Positions 25,394 through 38,472 are shown, counted from the stretch's first letter. The stretch is DNA of 64,000 bases from Octopus sinensis (GCF_006345805.1 NC_043001.1:123194001-123258000); one strand, 5' to 3'. Numbers and translations are program-made. The notes: generated by a model from the sequence alone, not told the origin.

Positions 25394-25405
25394 TATATAT
25401 ATGTA

Positions 25406-25464
<59 letters not shown>

Positions 25465-25929
25465 ATATTATATAGCGTGAACTATAAAGATAAAAGAAAC
25501 AGGTGCTAATTTGATTTAGTTTACGGAAATGTTTCGTAAGTGGATTTGAAATCTTTACAAAATGCACTCTCCTTCTCTCACTTTCTCTCCCCCTCTCTCT
25601 TACTCTCTCCCCCCTCTCACTTTCTCTTACGCATACTCATACACGCACAAGTATACATATACAAGCACACCCAAAGACAGCACATAAGCGTGCATACGTT
25701 CATAGATTAACATCTGGCTGACGTGCACGTATGTCACTGAACGGTAACACCTAAAGTACATTTAAATAAAACCGCATTAAGAAAAATTACTCCGGTAACA
25801 TCACATTTCGTGTAATTCAGGATTGTAGGAAATTGAAGCAGGCGTAGTATAAAGTCCAAGATTCAGGACCATAAAGCAATTTTGTTAAAACCACCGACTT
25901 AAATACATTAACTTTCATCTTCAATGATA

Positions 25930-26390
25930 CGTCGTGGCTGTTCTATAGCCTGTGATAAAGCATAAAGAAAGTGGAGCAAGCCTTCCCAACTCTGGACTCG
26001 ATTTGTTTAAACATCTTCGCATCATTGGACACAATGGAACCAAAATAAGTGAAAGAGGAAACAGTTTTTGATGCATTCCCATCAACATGTACAGTAGGGG
26101 CAACAGGAAGATGGTCACGAATGGGCTGATGGAAAAGCTCAATTTTCTTGATGCTGATGGTCAGACCAAAGGCCTTCAATGCACGCGATAAGTTGTTTAG
26201 AATCCATTGCATGTCCCAAGAGTGTGTGCTACAAGTGCACAATCGTCTGTGATATATCAATTATGACCATCACTATATATGCAAACTTCATAAATTTTAG
26301 CTCTTTCTTCAGCAGCACATCTAAGCAAATCCAACCATACCCGACCATCAGACAGGTTGGGTGTAATGCTGAAGAAGGAGCAAGAAGTCT
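25930..26390 (-). mobile_element. Decayed RTE (BovB-like) reverse transcriptase fragment
   Basis: A frameshifted TDDCALVAH (YADD-equivalent) precedes the ORF FGLTISIKK.E...F.YFGS.VS.D....IESRVGKACSTF, typical of RTE RT domains 5-7. Confidence 0.8.
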
Positions 26391-26887
26391 TGAAATATAT
26401 ATGTACACCAATTACCTTATTTTCCCCACCTTCGTTTACATTGCTTACATTAGACGTATCAAATTTGTATAGGTAATCTCAAAAAGTGACTTACTGGCAC
26501 TGCTAACACGGTAGGAGATAGCATAAACTTATAAAATCTTTAATATACTAGGTAGCATATTATAGATGCATAACGAAATATGGTGTCCCTACAAGTAATT
26601 GATAAGTTTTAATCTGTATAAAAGCGTGTGCCACCGCACGTGTGTATGCTCACTCTGGCTTGAGTGCTTTAATTCGGGTGTATTATGTAACAATCTGAGA
26701 ATGCCTGGATGTAAGTATGGGAAGTTATGAATATGTGTAGCCATGTGAGTACATGTGGTTATGCAAGTTTGTGCGGTAGCCTGAGAATGTGTTGTTGTGT
26801 AAGTATGTGTGGCCATATGAGTAAGTGTGGGTTTGTGATCTTGTGTGGTTGTGTATGTGTGGTCATATCTGTAGGTGTGTTGTGTGT

Positions 26888-26922
<35 letters not shown>

Positions 26923-27525
26923 TTGTGTAGTTGCGAAACAGTACACACACACGCACACATATATGTGCACATATTTGTGTGGTTATGAATCTGTGCATAT
27001 CTTTTGCATGGTTGTGAGTATGTGTATATATATTTATGCCGTTGTGTGTACATATATATATATATATATTTTTTTTTTTGTATGTATATAATATATGTAT
27101 ATATATTACATATATTGAGTGGTTGTGTGTGTATATATATATTTGTGCGGTTGTGAATGTGCATTAATATTTGTGTGGCGGTGAGTGCGTATGTATATAT
27201 TATATATATATATATGTATATATGTGTGTGTGTGTGTATGTCTGTGTATTTGTGTGCGTACGTGTGTGTGTGATCGTGTACGGTTGTAAATATGTGTGTG
27301 GATGTTAATTTGTGTGGTTGATTGCGTTGTATATCATTAGTGATTAAATTCTAAAAGCCAATGTGCAGTTGTTGATTATGAAAGAAGAGGTGGAGGAGGA
27401 GAAGCAGAAAGAGGGAGACAATTTGAGAAGAAGAGAAAGACAGAGACGAGGAAAAAAGTGAAGAAAGATAGAAGAGAAAATCCTCTAAAGATTTCAGGTT
27501 TTCAAAATTAAATGAAAGTAACTGA

Positions 27526-27576
<51 letters not shown>

Positions 27577-27888
27577 TGACAAAGAGTGGGTTAGACAGAA
27601 AGAGATGGGGAGAGGAGAAAAAAGGGAGAGGAAGAAAGATTATAAGTGAAAACAATGGTTTCCATAAAACAATAAACAAAACTTGTGAAACGAACAAGAG
27701 TACATACATACATACATATATACATACATACATGCATATATTTATGATATACACACACACTGACACACACACACAGTATTTATAGTTCTATCACTTTCTC
27801 TGTTTCTCCTCTCACACATACACGTATATATATGTATATTAGTATATATTAATATACCCATTTCAAAGAAATATATATATACACAAAC

Positions 27889-27974
<86 letters not shown>

Positions 27975-28045
27975 CATACAGATGAGATGCACAGACATAC
28001 ACACTTACAAATAAACATATATGTATATACACATATATACATACG

Positions 28046-28079
<34 letters not shown>

Positions 28080-28239
28080 TATATGTATTGAAAAATAATA
28101 ATACACATATCTATATGTAGACCTATGTAGATGTATATGCATACTACATAGCTACATAGATACATGTACACACACACACACACATACACACACACACATA
28201 TATATATATATGCATATATTTATAGATATGTATATCTCT

Positions 28240-28270
<31 letters not shown>

Positions 28271-28752
28271 CGTGTGCATGTGTATGTAAAAAACAATCAT
28301 GCACACGCGCACACATATGTATATAGATATATGTATACACACACACACACCCACATACACACACTCTATCTCTCTCACACACACACAAATATATATCGTA
28401 TCTACTCTTGTTTTCAACAAGTTTGCCATTTTTGTTTTCTTTTCTTTTTTCATATACGCCATTTCAATGGTTTAATGTAATGGCGTTTTAGAAGTATTCA
28501 AGTTCTATAATTATTATAGAATCTTCTATTGCTTGACGCCTCACTATACAATAGCTCGGTAATTTTCCATTTAGGAATCTATATTTCTTTGACCATCTCT
28601 TTTCTTTCTTCATACTCTTCCCCCTTACGTCTATTACAAATTTCTCTTCCGCTTTTTCTTTCGTAAATTTCTTCCATAAAATACATATATTTCATTTACT
28701 GTGTTTATTAGAATAGCCATATATGCATCTGTTTACAAACCTACTCTACACT

Positions 28753-28753
28753 G

Positions 28754-28809
<56 letters not shown>

Positions 28810-28842
28810 CCTACCTGCCTATCTGCCTGCCTGCCTACCTAC

Positions 28843-28893
<51 letters not shown>

Positions 28894-29005
28894 CCTATCT
28901 ATCTACCTATCTACCTATCAACCTACCTACCTACCTACCTACCTACCTACCTATCCATCCATCCATCTATCTATATATCTATCTATCTATCTATCTATCT
29001 ATCTG
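28753..29005. repeat. (TCTA)n/(CCTA)n compound repeat
   Basis: Read directly. Confidence 0.95.
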
Positions 29006-29899
29006 AGATGCTTGTTCATGTATGTATGTATGTAAGTATGTATGTATGTATATGTCTGTCTGTCTGTCTGTCTACGTATCTTGTTATCTATCCTATCTAT
29101 GAACATTCTATATGAATCTTCATCGATAGAATGTGTGTGTATGTGTGCGTGTGTGTGTTTGTGTGTGTATATATATGTATATTTTTAAATGCCTACACGC
29201 ATATTTATGTATACACACACAGAGAGACACACACACAAACACGCACGCACACACATATGTACTTACATATATATGTGTGCGTATGTATGCAGAATGTGTA
29301 TATTTCTCTGCATGTGCATACACACACACACACACGCACACACTCACTCACACACACATACACACGCACATATAAATATACACATATTACACATGCTTCT
29401 TCATATTGATATTCATATGTATTCATTATGCAGAAAACCGGCTCCAAGATAAGGAATATAATAGCGACACTAAAATATAGGAAAAGTCTAGTATTGAGCG
29501 ATATCGGAATATGGAATATGTAAAAATCGTAGCAAATATTATCAATGTAGCATATGTTAGCCATGAATGCATAAACGAACTCAGCACGCACGCCAGTAAA
29601 TATGATATATGGGTTAGTGTTAGAATTAGCATAACTAACTTTCGCATATAATTAGCTATCGTTCAGTGCCGATGAGATTCTAGCCTTTAGATGTGAGATA
29701 CCACTTAGCTCACTTCTGCGAAAATTTACTATTTGCATTTATAAAGGTAGAAGATCGGTTCTGATCACATAAATATTATTATAGATATTTCTTAAAATCC
29801 CCAGAAGGAAGTGAAGGAATCATATGGATTGCTGCTTAGCCAAATGTTTGTATGGCAGTTAATCATGAGTTCTATTGTCTGTCTCCAACACATCGTCGC

Positions 29900-30170
29900 T
29901 TGATAATGCAAAGATCATATGGAACTATATACCATAGAAACAGACTTGCCAGATAGCTGATAACAAAGCTGGCATTGTCCTCCGTGACAAAATGCCAATA
30001 GTGTTTCAATAATTGCTGTAGCAATATCGAATGACTATAATGAAAAACCTGGAGAATTACACCATCTTTACTATTGAATTAAATACACGATGACATGTAA
30101 GAAATGTATCTGTCACCTCGTATGTAATTTGCGCAAATACAATAATATAGAATTGCTTTTGTAAAAACAT
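29900..30170 (+). mobile_element. Decayed R4/Dong-type non-LTR element, restriction-like endonuclease region
   Basis: DNAKIIWNY...DNKAGIVLRDK...IIAVAISNDYN resembles the ILWD...NRPDIV...IDVAIP.D.N RLE motif; stops and frameshifts. Confidence 0.6.
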
Positions 30171-30734
30171 CAAAAGGTTTACGTAGAATTGTAGACATAA
30201 GAATGATACTGAAGGTAGCGATATCAATGTCTGAAAACATTCTTTAAAAATCTTTGTATGACCATTATCCAAGATGTACCTAATACTCTGCGCTGTAAGA
30301 CAGGAAGCTCTTGTTATATCTATGGATTCATAAACAACAAGAACAACAACAACAACAATAATAATAATCATTTCTGGTATAGACTCAAGACTAGAAATTT
30401 ATATTGAGCGAACAGCAGACAAAATCGATCGATCCTCTGTATTTGACTGGTGTTTTATTTTATCGACCCAGAAAATATGAAAGGCAAAGTTGACTTCAGT
30501 GAGTTTACAACTAAAAACATAAAGGAATTTTGTACGATACTGTAAAGATTCTGTAAATCTACCGCCCTAATAATTGTTTCAAACACTGGCACAGGGCTTG
30601 AAATTTGGTGGAAGGGGTTAGTCGTTAGCTAGTAACCCAGTTAGTATGTCGTTAGAGCTTTATTTTATTAATTCTACGATGTATTTTATTCGCCTTAAAT
30701 ATGTGAAAAGTAAAGTTAAGTAAAAATATGTTAT

Positions 30735-30890
30735 CTAAGAACGACAGCGGTACTTGTGATAATCGGACTTTGGCAGCAATACTAAATGAAACTCTTAAAC
30801 ACTTGGCCAAACATCGGGGAAACCAAAAGTATAAAGTCTACAAAAGAATTGTCCATGTAGGTACTGCCCATATTCTAAAAAAAACATTGC
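30735..30890 (+). mobile_element. R4/Dong-type ORF C-terminus remnant
   Basis: VLVIIG/TLAAI...YKRIVHVGTAHILKKTL matches the conserved ...GTAHILR.TL terminus. Confidence 0.7.
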
Positions 30891-31860
30891 CAGCCTGGGA
30901 ATATTTTGTTCTCTTAAAACTCTTTCAAAATAAAACTATTACAAATTCAGCAAAATCCTAGGTCTCAAAATTTGATCTCCTTTCCCTGCAAGATAACATT
31001 GTTGATCATAAATAGCACCCATAAGAAGGGGATCGAAACTGCGTAGATGCTACTCAAAATTCTGTCTGTACAAATTTTAAAACAATAGGACGCGATATGA
31101 TGTTTCAGTTACTACTATTAGGACGTCGAACGGCTACATAAAGGCTTTCTCGTTGCATCGTAAAATTGTTCGGTCGGATCGTGAAAGTCTAAGTTGAACA
31201 CGGCAATAAAAATAACTGAAAGAGCTTCAATGATTTCCTTGTGCTTTCTAAAGATACACATTTATTTTATACGGTAATTTCACAATCAGATGTTATTGTT
31301 GTTAAAACCCAAATAATAAAAACTATAATAACATATAATATTTCAGCGATAAAAGATAAAAAGAAAAATTCTTGCTTGAATTTGTGAGGTCAAATTAGGT
31401 GATGTCAGCTAAGGCCAGAAAAGGTGTTCGTGTTAGGCATAAGATCAGATTAAGATGTCCGTTCGCTTCTTTGAAAGACACAGTCAGCTTCTTTTTAAAT
31501 GATCAATTAAACGGCAGATTAGACGTTCGACTGTCCTCTAATTTACGACGTCTGATATTGGATTTGGTGAATTTCGTGTTGTTAATGTCATATTTAATAC
31601 AGGATCTTGTTTTTATATTACTCTATGTATATATTTACGGTGGTGGGTGAGCGAATTCAAGGTTGAAGATAGAGTAACGGACAAACTGCTAGGGGCATCT
31701 AAATTTGTTTTTATTTTTGGCCTTCTCAGTTCGAATTTCGCCGATGTCAACTTTACGTTCTGCTGGGATCTATAACTTAATAACATAATATGTCATACGA
31801 GTCTGTCAGGTTCGAATTCACTGTTTGTCCAACGTTATATGGGGTGTGGTAAAAGTACGT

Positions 31861-32243
31861 GGAGGCGCAATGGCCCAGTGGTTAGGGCAGCGGACTCGCG
31901 GTCATAGGATCGCGGTTTCGATTCCCAGACCGGGCGTTGTGAGTGTTTATTAAGCGAAAATACCTAAAGCTCCACGATGCTCCAGCAGGGGATGGTGGTG
32001 ATCCCTGCTGTACTCTTTCACCACAACTTTCTCTCACTCTTACTTCCTGTTTCTGTTGTACCTGTATTTCAAAGGGCCGGCCTTGTCACTCTCTGTGTCA
32101 CGCTGAATATCCCCGAGAACTACGTTAAAGGTACACGTGTCCGTGGAGTGCTCAGCCACTTACACGTTAATTTCACGAGCAGTCTGTTCCGTTGATTCGG
32201 ATCAACCGGAACCCTCGTCGTCGTAACCGACGGAGTGCTTCCA
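31861..32243 (+). mobile_element. SINE family D (distinct tRNA head) with ~12-bp TSD, inserted into an older SINE head
   Basis: A-box TGGCCCAGTGG, B-box GTTTCGATTCC; TGGTAAAAGTAC before and TGGTAAAAGTGC after; 3' half shared with 34414-34696. Confidence 0.85.
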
Positions 32244-32865
32244 TGTCCATGGTAAAAGTGCATTGCGTAGTGATAAAATTGCTGAATTCACGATTATGAG
32301 ATCATGGTTTCGATTCGCGGATAGGACATAGCATTGTACCTTTGAGCAAAGTAATTTATTCTGTGTTTGAAAATTAGTACCATCGGTGCTAGTATTGAGT
32401 TGATATAGTCTACAACTTTCTTCTCTTGAATATATAACCTTTTAATAGAAACTATTATTGTAGGCATATTTGGAGTGTGTAACTGAATCAGTAATTTAAA
32501 ATCTACATCTAGACTGAGAGTACAAGATGCCACCTTGAACGTGCGCCAGTCCGTCGCAAGGTTAATTGCAAGACGTCGGTTGTATTAATATTCAACTTAG
32601 AAACGCGAATTAAAATTATTTGCTTTCGGATACAATGCACCCCCCACTATCCGTAAATCAAAACCACAACCTAACGAGCATGAATACAGCAATCTAACCA
32701 CTAGGTTTAGCATCAAGTACCTTTAGATTAAGTCTTGAAGTTTTTGGGATAAAATTCTACCGGGTTACCTTTGCTCGTCATCATTAAGAAATCGATTTAA
32801 TATCATAAATTTCATTCAATCGAATACGCTCCCACATTCGAAATATATGCCCGTGTGATAATATT

Positions 32866-33076
32866 AATTTCAAATTTTGACACATGGCCAGCAAGTTCAG
32901 GGTAGGACGTAAATCGATTACGTTGACCTCAGTTCTCAATTGGTACTTTTTATCGACCGAGAAATGAGGAAAGGCAAAGTCTACATCGTCGGAATTTGAA
33001 CTCAGAACATAAAGACAGACGAAATGCCGCTAAGCATTTTGTCCGGCGTGCTAACGATTCTTTCAGCTCGCTGCCT
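32866..33076 (-). mobile_element. SINE family B
   Basis: Homologous to the other family B copies. Confidence 0.85.
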
Positions 33077-33797
33077 TCTTGTGTGATAATATTTAAACAA
33101 ATTATATTCTTCATATTATTTGAGATGCACAAATAGCTTTGTCAAAACGAAACAGAATCGGAGTTGTTGAGTCTAGCAATAACAATTTGAAATAGGCAGT
33201 GTCAGAGTTGAAAATTCACCATGTCAAATCCGTGTCTCAGTTTCAATTTTGTCTGAGACCAATTCAGTTTTCCTCTTTAAACTTAGATAAGATTTTGTTA
33301 AATTTCAGCCGTTGTTGATTAAAGCTAGTGACGCAAAGCTTTATAAGTTTGTCATCGACGTGTCGTGATTTTTTTTATTTCTTGAATAATCCTGCTATTG
33401 GAATGTAACTTACATACAAAGCTGTATTTTATTTAGGTAAATGCCTCTAAAAGATAAACTTTATATAACATTGTAGGACGATGAAATTTCGCTCCAAATT
33501 TTATCACGTATGCTACTTGAAAATTCGTGCTATATCACTGCTGTTATGCATGTCAATAAGTTCGCCATTATTAACTCTAGATATATCTAACATAATAACG
33601 CCACCTAATATCTTACATTGACGATAACAATGATAGCTATAATTAAAATGTTATTATACTTGACGATGGTTATATTTTGTCAATTAAACACAAGTACTTG
33701 GTCTTCACTTAAGCTTTATTATGGCTAATTTAATTTCTAAGAGTCACTGAAGCGGTTACGGGATGTGTGACGAATGAGCTTTGACAAAAAGACTAAC

Positions 33798-33838
<41 letters not shown>

Positions 33839-33839
33839 G

Positions 33840-33879
<40 letters not shown>
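33798..33879. repeat. (AAT)n microsatellite
   Basis: Read directly. Confidence 0.95.
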
Positions 33880-33880
<1 letters not shown>

Positions 33881-34085
33881 GCTGAAGTAAAGACCAAGTA
33901 TATACTGCGTGTGTTTAATTGGCAAAATATGATCATCCCGAAGTATAACAATATCTGTTTCAACACATGATTTCGCATAAAAATTCTTGTAAAACAAATA
34001 CAAAAGCGATAATTAAGATGTTTACGATAACGCTTATATAGTTATAAAAGAAATCTACAACGAAAAAAAAAATTATTAATCTTAC

Positions 34086-34343
34086 CGTTATCATCGACAG
34101 AAGATTCCAGAGTCTTCATAGTCGGGGTGTGTGTGGCTGGCTTGGTTGTGTCATTCACGGCTCTCAAAACTGGTGGTGCACGAGAAATGGGCCTGAGAGT
34201 GACTGGTGGGGTACTTGTGTAGGTTATTTGGGTAGATGTGGTACTTGTCGATGGATTGTAATTAGCTTGAGTACTGCTCGGATAGGCAACTGTGCTTGTA
34301 GTACTAGTTTCGTTATTTTTCATCGAATCCCCACTGATGTTAT
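34086..34343 (-). CDS. Internal coding exon (258 nt, phase 1-1), Ser/Thr/Pro-rich mucin-like stalk: (x)NISGDSMKNNETSTTSTVAYPSSTQANYNPSTSTTSTQITYTSTPPVTLRPISRAPPVLRAVNDTTKPATHTPTMKTLESSVDDN
   Basis: Acceptor TTTGTTTTTATTTTCCCACAG, donor G|GTAAGA, open frame across the whole exon, length divisible by 3, higher GC than the flanks, three N-x-S/T sequons. Confidence 0.75.
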
Positions 34344-34413
34344 CTGTGGGAAAATAAAAACAAACATCAACAATATTTTATACATACATGCATGCATACA
34401 TACATACATACAT

Positions 34414-34696
34414 GTGAAGGCGCGTGGCTTCAATTCCAGGCGACGCGTTGTGTCCTTGAGCAAGACACTTTATTTCACGTTGCTCCAGTCCACCCAGCTG
34501 TCAAAAATGAGTAGCACCTGTATTTCAAAGGGTCAGCCTTGTCACACTCTGTGTCACGCTGAATCTCCCTGAGAATTACGTTAATGGTACACGTTTCTGT
34601 GGAGTGTTCAGCCACTTGCACGTTAATTTCACGAGCAAGCTGTTCCGTTGATCGGATCAGCTAGAACCCTCGCCATCGTAACCGACAGAGTGCTCC
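34414..34696 (+). mobile_element. Mosaic SINE (family C-type CORE segment plus family D 3' half), head internally deleted
   Basis: CTTGAGCAAGACACTTTATTTCACGTTGCTCCAGTCCAC as in family C; CCTGTATTTCAAAGGG...GTAACCGAC.GAGTGCT as in family D. Confidence 0.8.
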
Positions 34697-34699
34697 TCC

Positions 34700-34746
<47 letters not shown>

Positions 34747-34747
34747 A

Positions 34748-34974
34748 CGGGAAGGTTTACAAAAATAAACAAAAGACGAAGGCAGGTTTACGAAAATAAA
34801 CAAAAGACGAAGGCAGGTGGAGTACAAACAAACAATGTATTAGTATGGCGCTCAGGAATAGAAATAAAACAAGTCTTTTACGTTTCGAGCCTACGCTCTT
34901 CGACAGAAAGATATACAGAAAAGAAACAAGGAGAGAAAAAAATTGCGTGTAGGGGCTAACGATCCAACATGGCG
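34748..34974 (-). mobile_element. Penelope-like-derived repeat, copy 3 (best-preserved ribozyme-like motif; 31-bp internal tandem duplication)
   Basis: Reverse complement aligns with 405-596; (TA)n both sides. Confidence 0.6.
34874..34911 (-). ncRNA. Minimal hammerhead-ribozyme-like motif, variant core, copy 3
   Basis: TCTTT-CTGTCGA-A-GAGC/GTAG/GCTC-GAAAC-GTA-AAAGA: 5-bp stem I, 4-bp stem II, GUA triplet, palindromic ACGU. Confidence 0.5.
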
Positions 34975-35731
34975 TTCTTATATATACGCGCACATACACA
35001 AACACATATGAAGACAAAAAAGAATGGAATTGTACAATACAATGAAAACAATTGTAATCTTTTCAGATAAGTTTTAAGACAAATAACAAATGTATTTTAT
35101 TTAGATGTGTTAAATATTTTTACTTTGAGTTCAAGAGTTCAGAGAAAAATGTAAATTTTTTTAAGCAGTACTGCCCCAGGGACATTGACAGACAGACGCA
35201 GTAATACGCACGCACGCACGCATGCACGCACACGCACACACACACACACACACACAACGCCCCACTCTCTCTTTTACTCAATCAGCATGTTCTCTCGATG
35301 TTGCAACGTGAAATTTTGTATTACAGGAAGTTTATTTCCATTAATTTCAAATGATTTAGTGGAAACGGTAGCAGTTTATCACCCACCACCCACAAAGGAA
35401 CACGTATGTAGTCGCTCGTTATGTACGAAATAGCAACCAAATCTCTCTCAAATTACACTATGTTGTCTTAAAAACAGAACACATTAGTTGGTGTTATAAA
35501 ATGAAAATTGGATACTGATGTCTAAATAAAATCGTACCAGTCATGGTTAGAGTGTTTCAGATCATCTGTCTATTCAAGCAGAGACTACTCGGAGTTTAGC
35601 ATTACGACCAACACTACCACTACCGCTACTTCAATTATCCCTAATAACAACCATAGCAACGGCAGTCGCGAAGAAATGCATAAACCAATATGGGAACCTG
35701 TTCCTCACGCTAGATTTGCTAGAAATATGTC

Positions 35732-35784
<53 letters not shown>

Positions 35785-35955
35785 ATATAAAATTTATAAG
35801 TAAGGGCAAAAGAAAAAAATTCTAATGCCAAAATATGCCGAAAAAGACATAACGTCAATAACCATGTAATTTATCACTACAAGCACGCGTTTCGAAGAAA
35901 GCCGACAGAAATTTCCCAGTGATAAATGCGGTAAAGAAATAAGTGAAATACTTAC

Positions 35956-36040
35956 TTATACCCATGGAAGAAGTGAACACTAAGTCATGAGCACAACTAA
36001 GTACCCCAAATATATCCAAAATAGAAACTCTCTAGCCCAT
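35956..36040 (-). CDS. Candidate first exon of the minus-strand gene (ATG-GGC-TAG-RVSILDIFGVLSCAHDLVFTSSMGI; second in-frame ATG at 35965)
   Basis: Perfect donor A|GTAAGT in phase 1, matching exon 34343; an in-frame TAG at codon 3 means only MGI is coding unless recoded. Confidence 0.3.
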
Positions 36041-36047
36041 CTTGAGG

Positions 36048-36096
36048 CACGTGCGATTCGAACTAAAAAACTCTCGTAAAGTGAGAGAGTCCGGAA

Positions 36097-36098
<2 letters not shown>
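36048..36098. promoter_or_regulatory. Possible promoter elements: E-box CACGTG (36048-53) and ETS site CCGGAAGT (36091-98)
   Basis: Exact consensus motifs directly upstream of the candidate first exon; short motifs, so chance is possible. Confidence 0.25.
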
Positions 36099-36140
<42 letters not shown>

Positions 36141-36911
36141 CATACGTATATACTTGTTTATATATCTTAAAACGGTTGTTCGACACGCTGGAAATAACAC
36201 CCAAATCTTCCATCAGCTTAATCGAAGACATATTAGATAATGTTGTCCTTGTTATATTACCACTGAAATATAAGTGAAGTGCTAATGGATGGAACGCTTT
36301 TGTTTTGTATCATAGATCGTCTGGAAATGGACATTCTATCAACTTAAATTGTGAATCGGCGGTTTATGTTAATCGAATCAGAAGGAAAAAATGATGCGAC
36401 TTTTTGATTTAAATGTTTTAATCGAATTAAAAGCGAGGACTAACATTTAATCATTCAATGAATCAATCAGTTATAGAATGATTGGGAACAGGAAGAAATG
36501 AATTTTATAGAAATGTGAAAAGAATAACTGATTTAATTATGAAACGTATTTTTTAAAATGTGATATGTTAAATACACGTTTTCACAGACTGTCATTAAGA
36601 AATTCAGCTTTCATTTCGACATATTGCAAAATAGTAAAAATTATCTCGACAGGTAGGTCTATTAATGTCTCTCAAATGTTTTCTCTATGGATGACCACCA
36701 AGAACTAATTATAAATAGTACTTGGTGGTCAAAAATATGTGAAGATGATAAAAACGAAAGAAATATTCGTGCTTCGGACTAAATATCCTGAAGTATTTAA
36801 TTTCAGACCTATGGTTTCCGAGATTAAAATTCAATAGAACGGGCTTTTCTGTTTGCTTTATCATGGCGTCGTACTAATAAATAAATAAATGCTAATAATA
36901 TATATGCATTA

Positions 36912-37132
36912 TAAGGTGGCAAGCTGGCAGAATCGTTAGTATACTGGGCAAAAAGCTTAGCGGCGTTTCGTCTACCTTTACGCTCTGAGTTTAAATTCTG
37001 CCGTGGTCGACTTTGTCTCTTTCATCCTTTCGGAGCGATAAGATAAGCTGTAGTTGAACACTAGGGTAAATGTAATTGAATTATACCCCGCACCTCCGAA
37101 ATGCTGACCTTGTGCAAAAATTTAAAAGCAAT
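36912..37132 (+). mobile_element. SINE family B
   Basis: AAGGTGGCAAGCTGGCAGAATCGTTAG...GTGGTCGACTTTG...CCTTGTGCAAAAATTT. Confidence 0.85.
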
Positions 37133-37637
37133 ATACATGCATTATATCTCACTCTCCAATAACCCTTTGAACTCGCTGACTTAAAGCTTTGAATTAAATT
37201 AAAAGTATACCTTTAATATATGTACGAAAATAGGCTAGACTACTTGATTATTACACACACACACACACATGTATATATATCAATTCAATAACCTTCATCC
37301 CTTCCCTAAAAATTATTCTTTGTCCGAGGAAGAATATGTTTATAAACATGATTGGTGTGTTATGCAAAGTAGTAGACACTAAATTTCGAGATATCACCGC
37401 TGCAATCTCGTGTTGATTTCCAGTTGGAGTATTTCTTTTACTTAGGTACTTTCAAGAAGAGAAAGTATTTCATAAACGACTATTCTGTTGCTTTTAGCGA
37501 TTTCAGGCTTCTTGCTTATATTAGAAAACATGTAAAGCTTGTTTTCTAATCAAGCGGATATGATATTTATTCTGACACACTGCACCGAAGTCAAATTTAC
37601 TTTTTATCCTTTTTGGGGTGAAAAAAAAATGGTATCA

Positions 37638-37881
37638 AGAGATCCCAACCACATTTTACCTTAGGGCCCCTTTGGTCCCTATTGTACTCAGTTGGGCCCT
37701 CGTAACCATTCCATATTAAAAAAAAGCCCATTTATATTTTTATAATTAAATGATATTAGGAATTGTATAAAAAATTGTGAAAAGGTTTTGTGCTTTGTAG
37801 AATTTATTAAGGATAAATTTAAACAACAAAATATTATATTAACCCACAAGGGCCATGTGGGCCTCGGTTGAGAACCACTAG
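37638..37881. mobile_element. hAT-like MITE
   Basis: Right end GGTTGAGAACCACTAG is typical of CAGTGGTTCTCAAC-type TIRs; left end is degenerate (GATCCCAACC). Confidence 0.55.
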
Positions 37882-38391
37882 ATTTCAAGCTCGGGAAAGA
37901 TGCCTTGCAATATCTGTTCCGGATCTTTGCATTCGTCAAACTGGCGTCAAGTTAAATAAAACCCATATGTGTGTTTCTCTTTGGCAATATAACCCTCCAA
38001 AAATACCATATCTGTTTCAACGCAAGATTTCACATGAAGAATTTTTCAAAAGAAATATCAAAACAAAAAAATGAATTTATGTACAGAAAGATGCAATTGG
38101 GTGCAGTTGTTTGGATGCTGATGGTGTGGCACGGCTGACGGAACATTCAGCCTGGTTTTGGTGACAGTACTTTTTGGCACTGGGTGGGAGGCACGCACAA
38201 ACGACACACACATACACACACGTCCGCGCGCAGAAATACACGCATGCAGATAGAATGAGTGATAGAGGAGAGAGATAGCGATAGAAGGAAAGATATAGAG
38301 AAAGGAGAGAGACACTACAATTTATTAATTGAACACAATTAACATAAACAATTTCTCACACCTCATACGCATAAAGAGAAATGTACTCAGA

Positions 38392-38438
<47 letters not shown>

Positions 38439-38472
38439 AAACAAGAAAAGATTAAAATGTTTGTTGTCAAAT

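Noticed and set aside
31861-31935. tRNA-like cloverleaf (also heads at 9024 and 38753)
   Set aside because: A and B boxes are present, but the stems are imperfect and the sequence runs into a repeated SINE body with a TSD; SINE head, not a tRNA gene.
33411-33443. 33-nt micro-exon on the minus strand with a GTAAGT donor
   Set aside because: In the phase required by exon 34086 it hits a stop; such short AG...GT pairs are common by chance.
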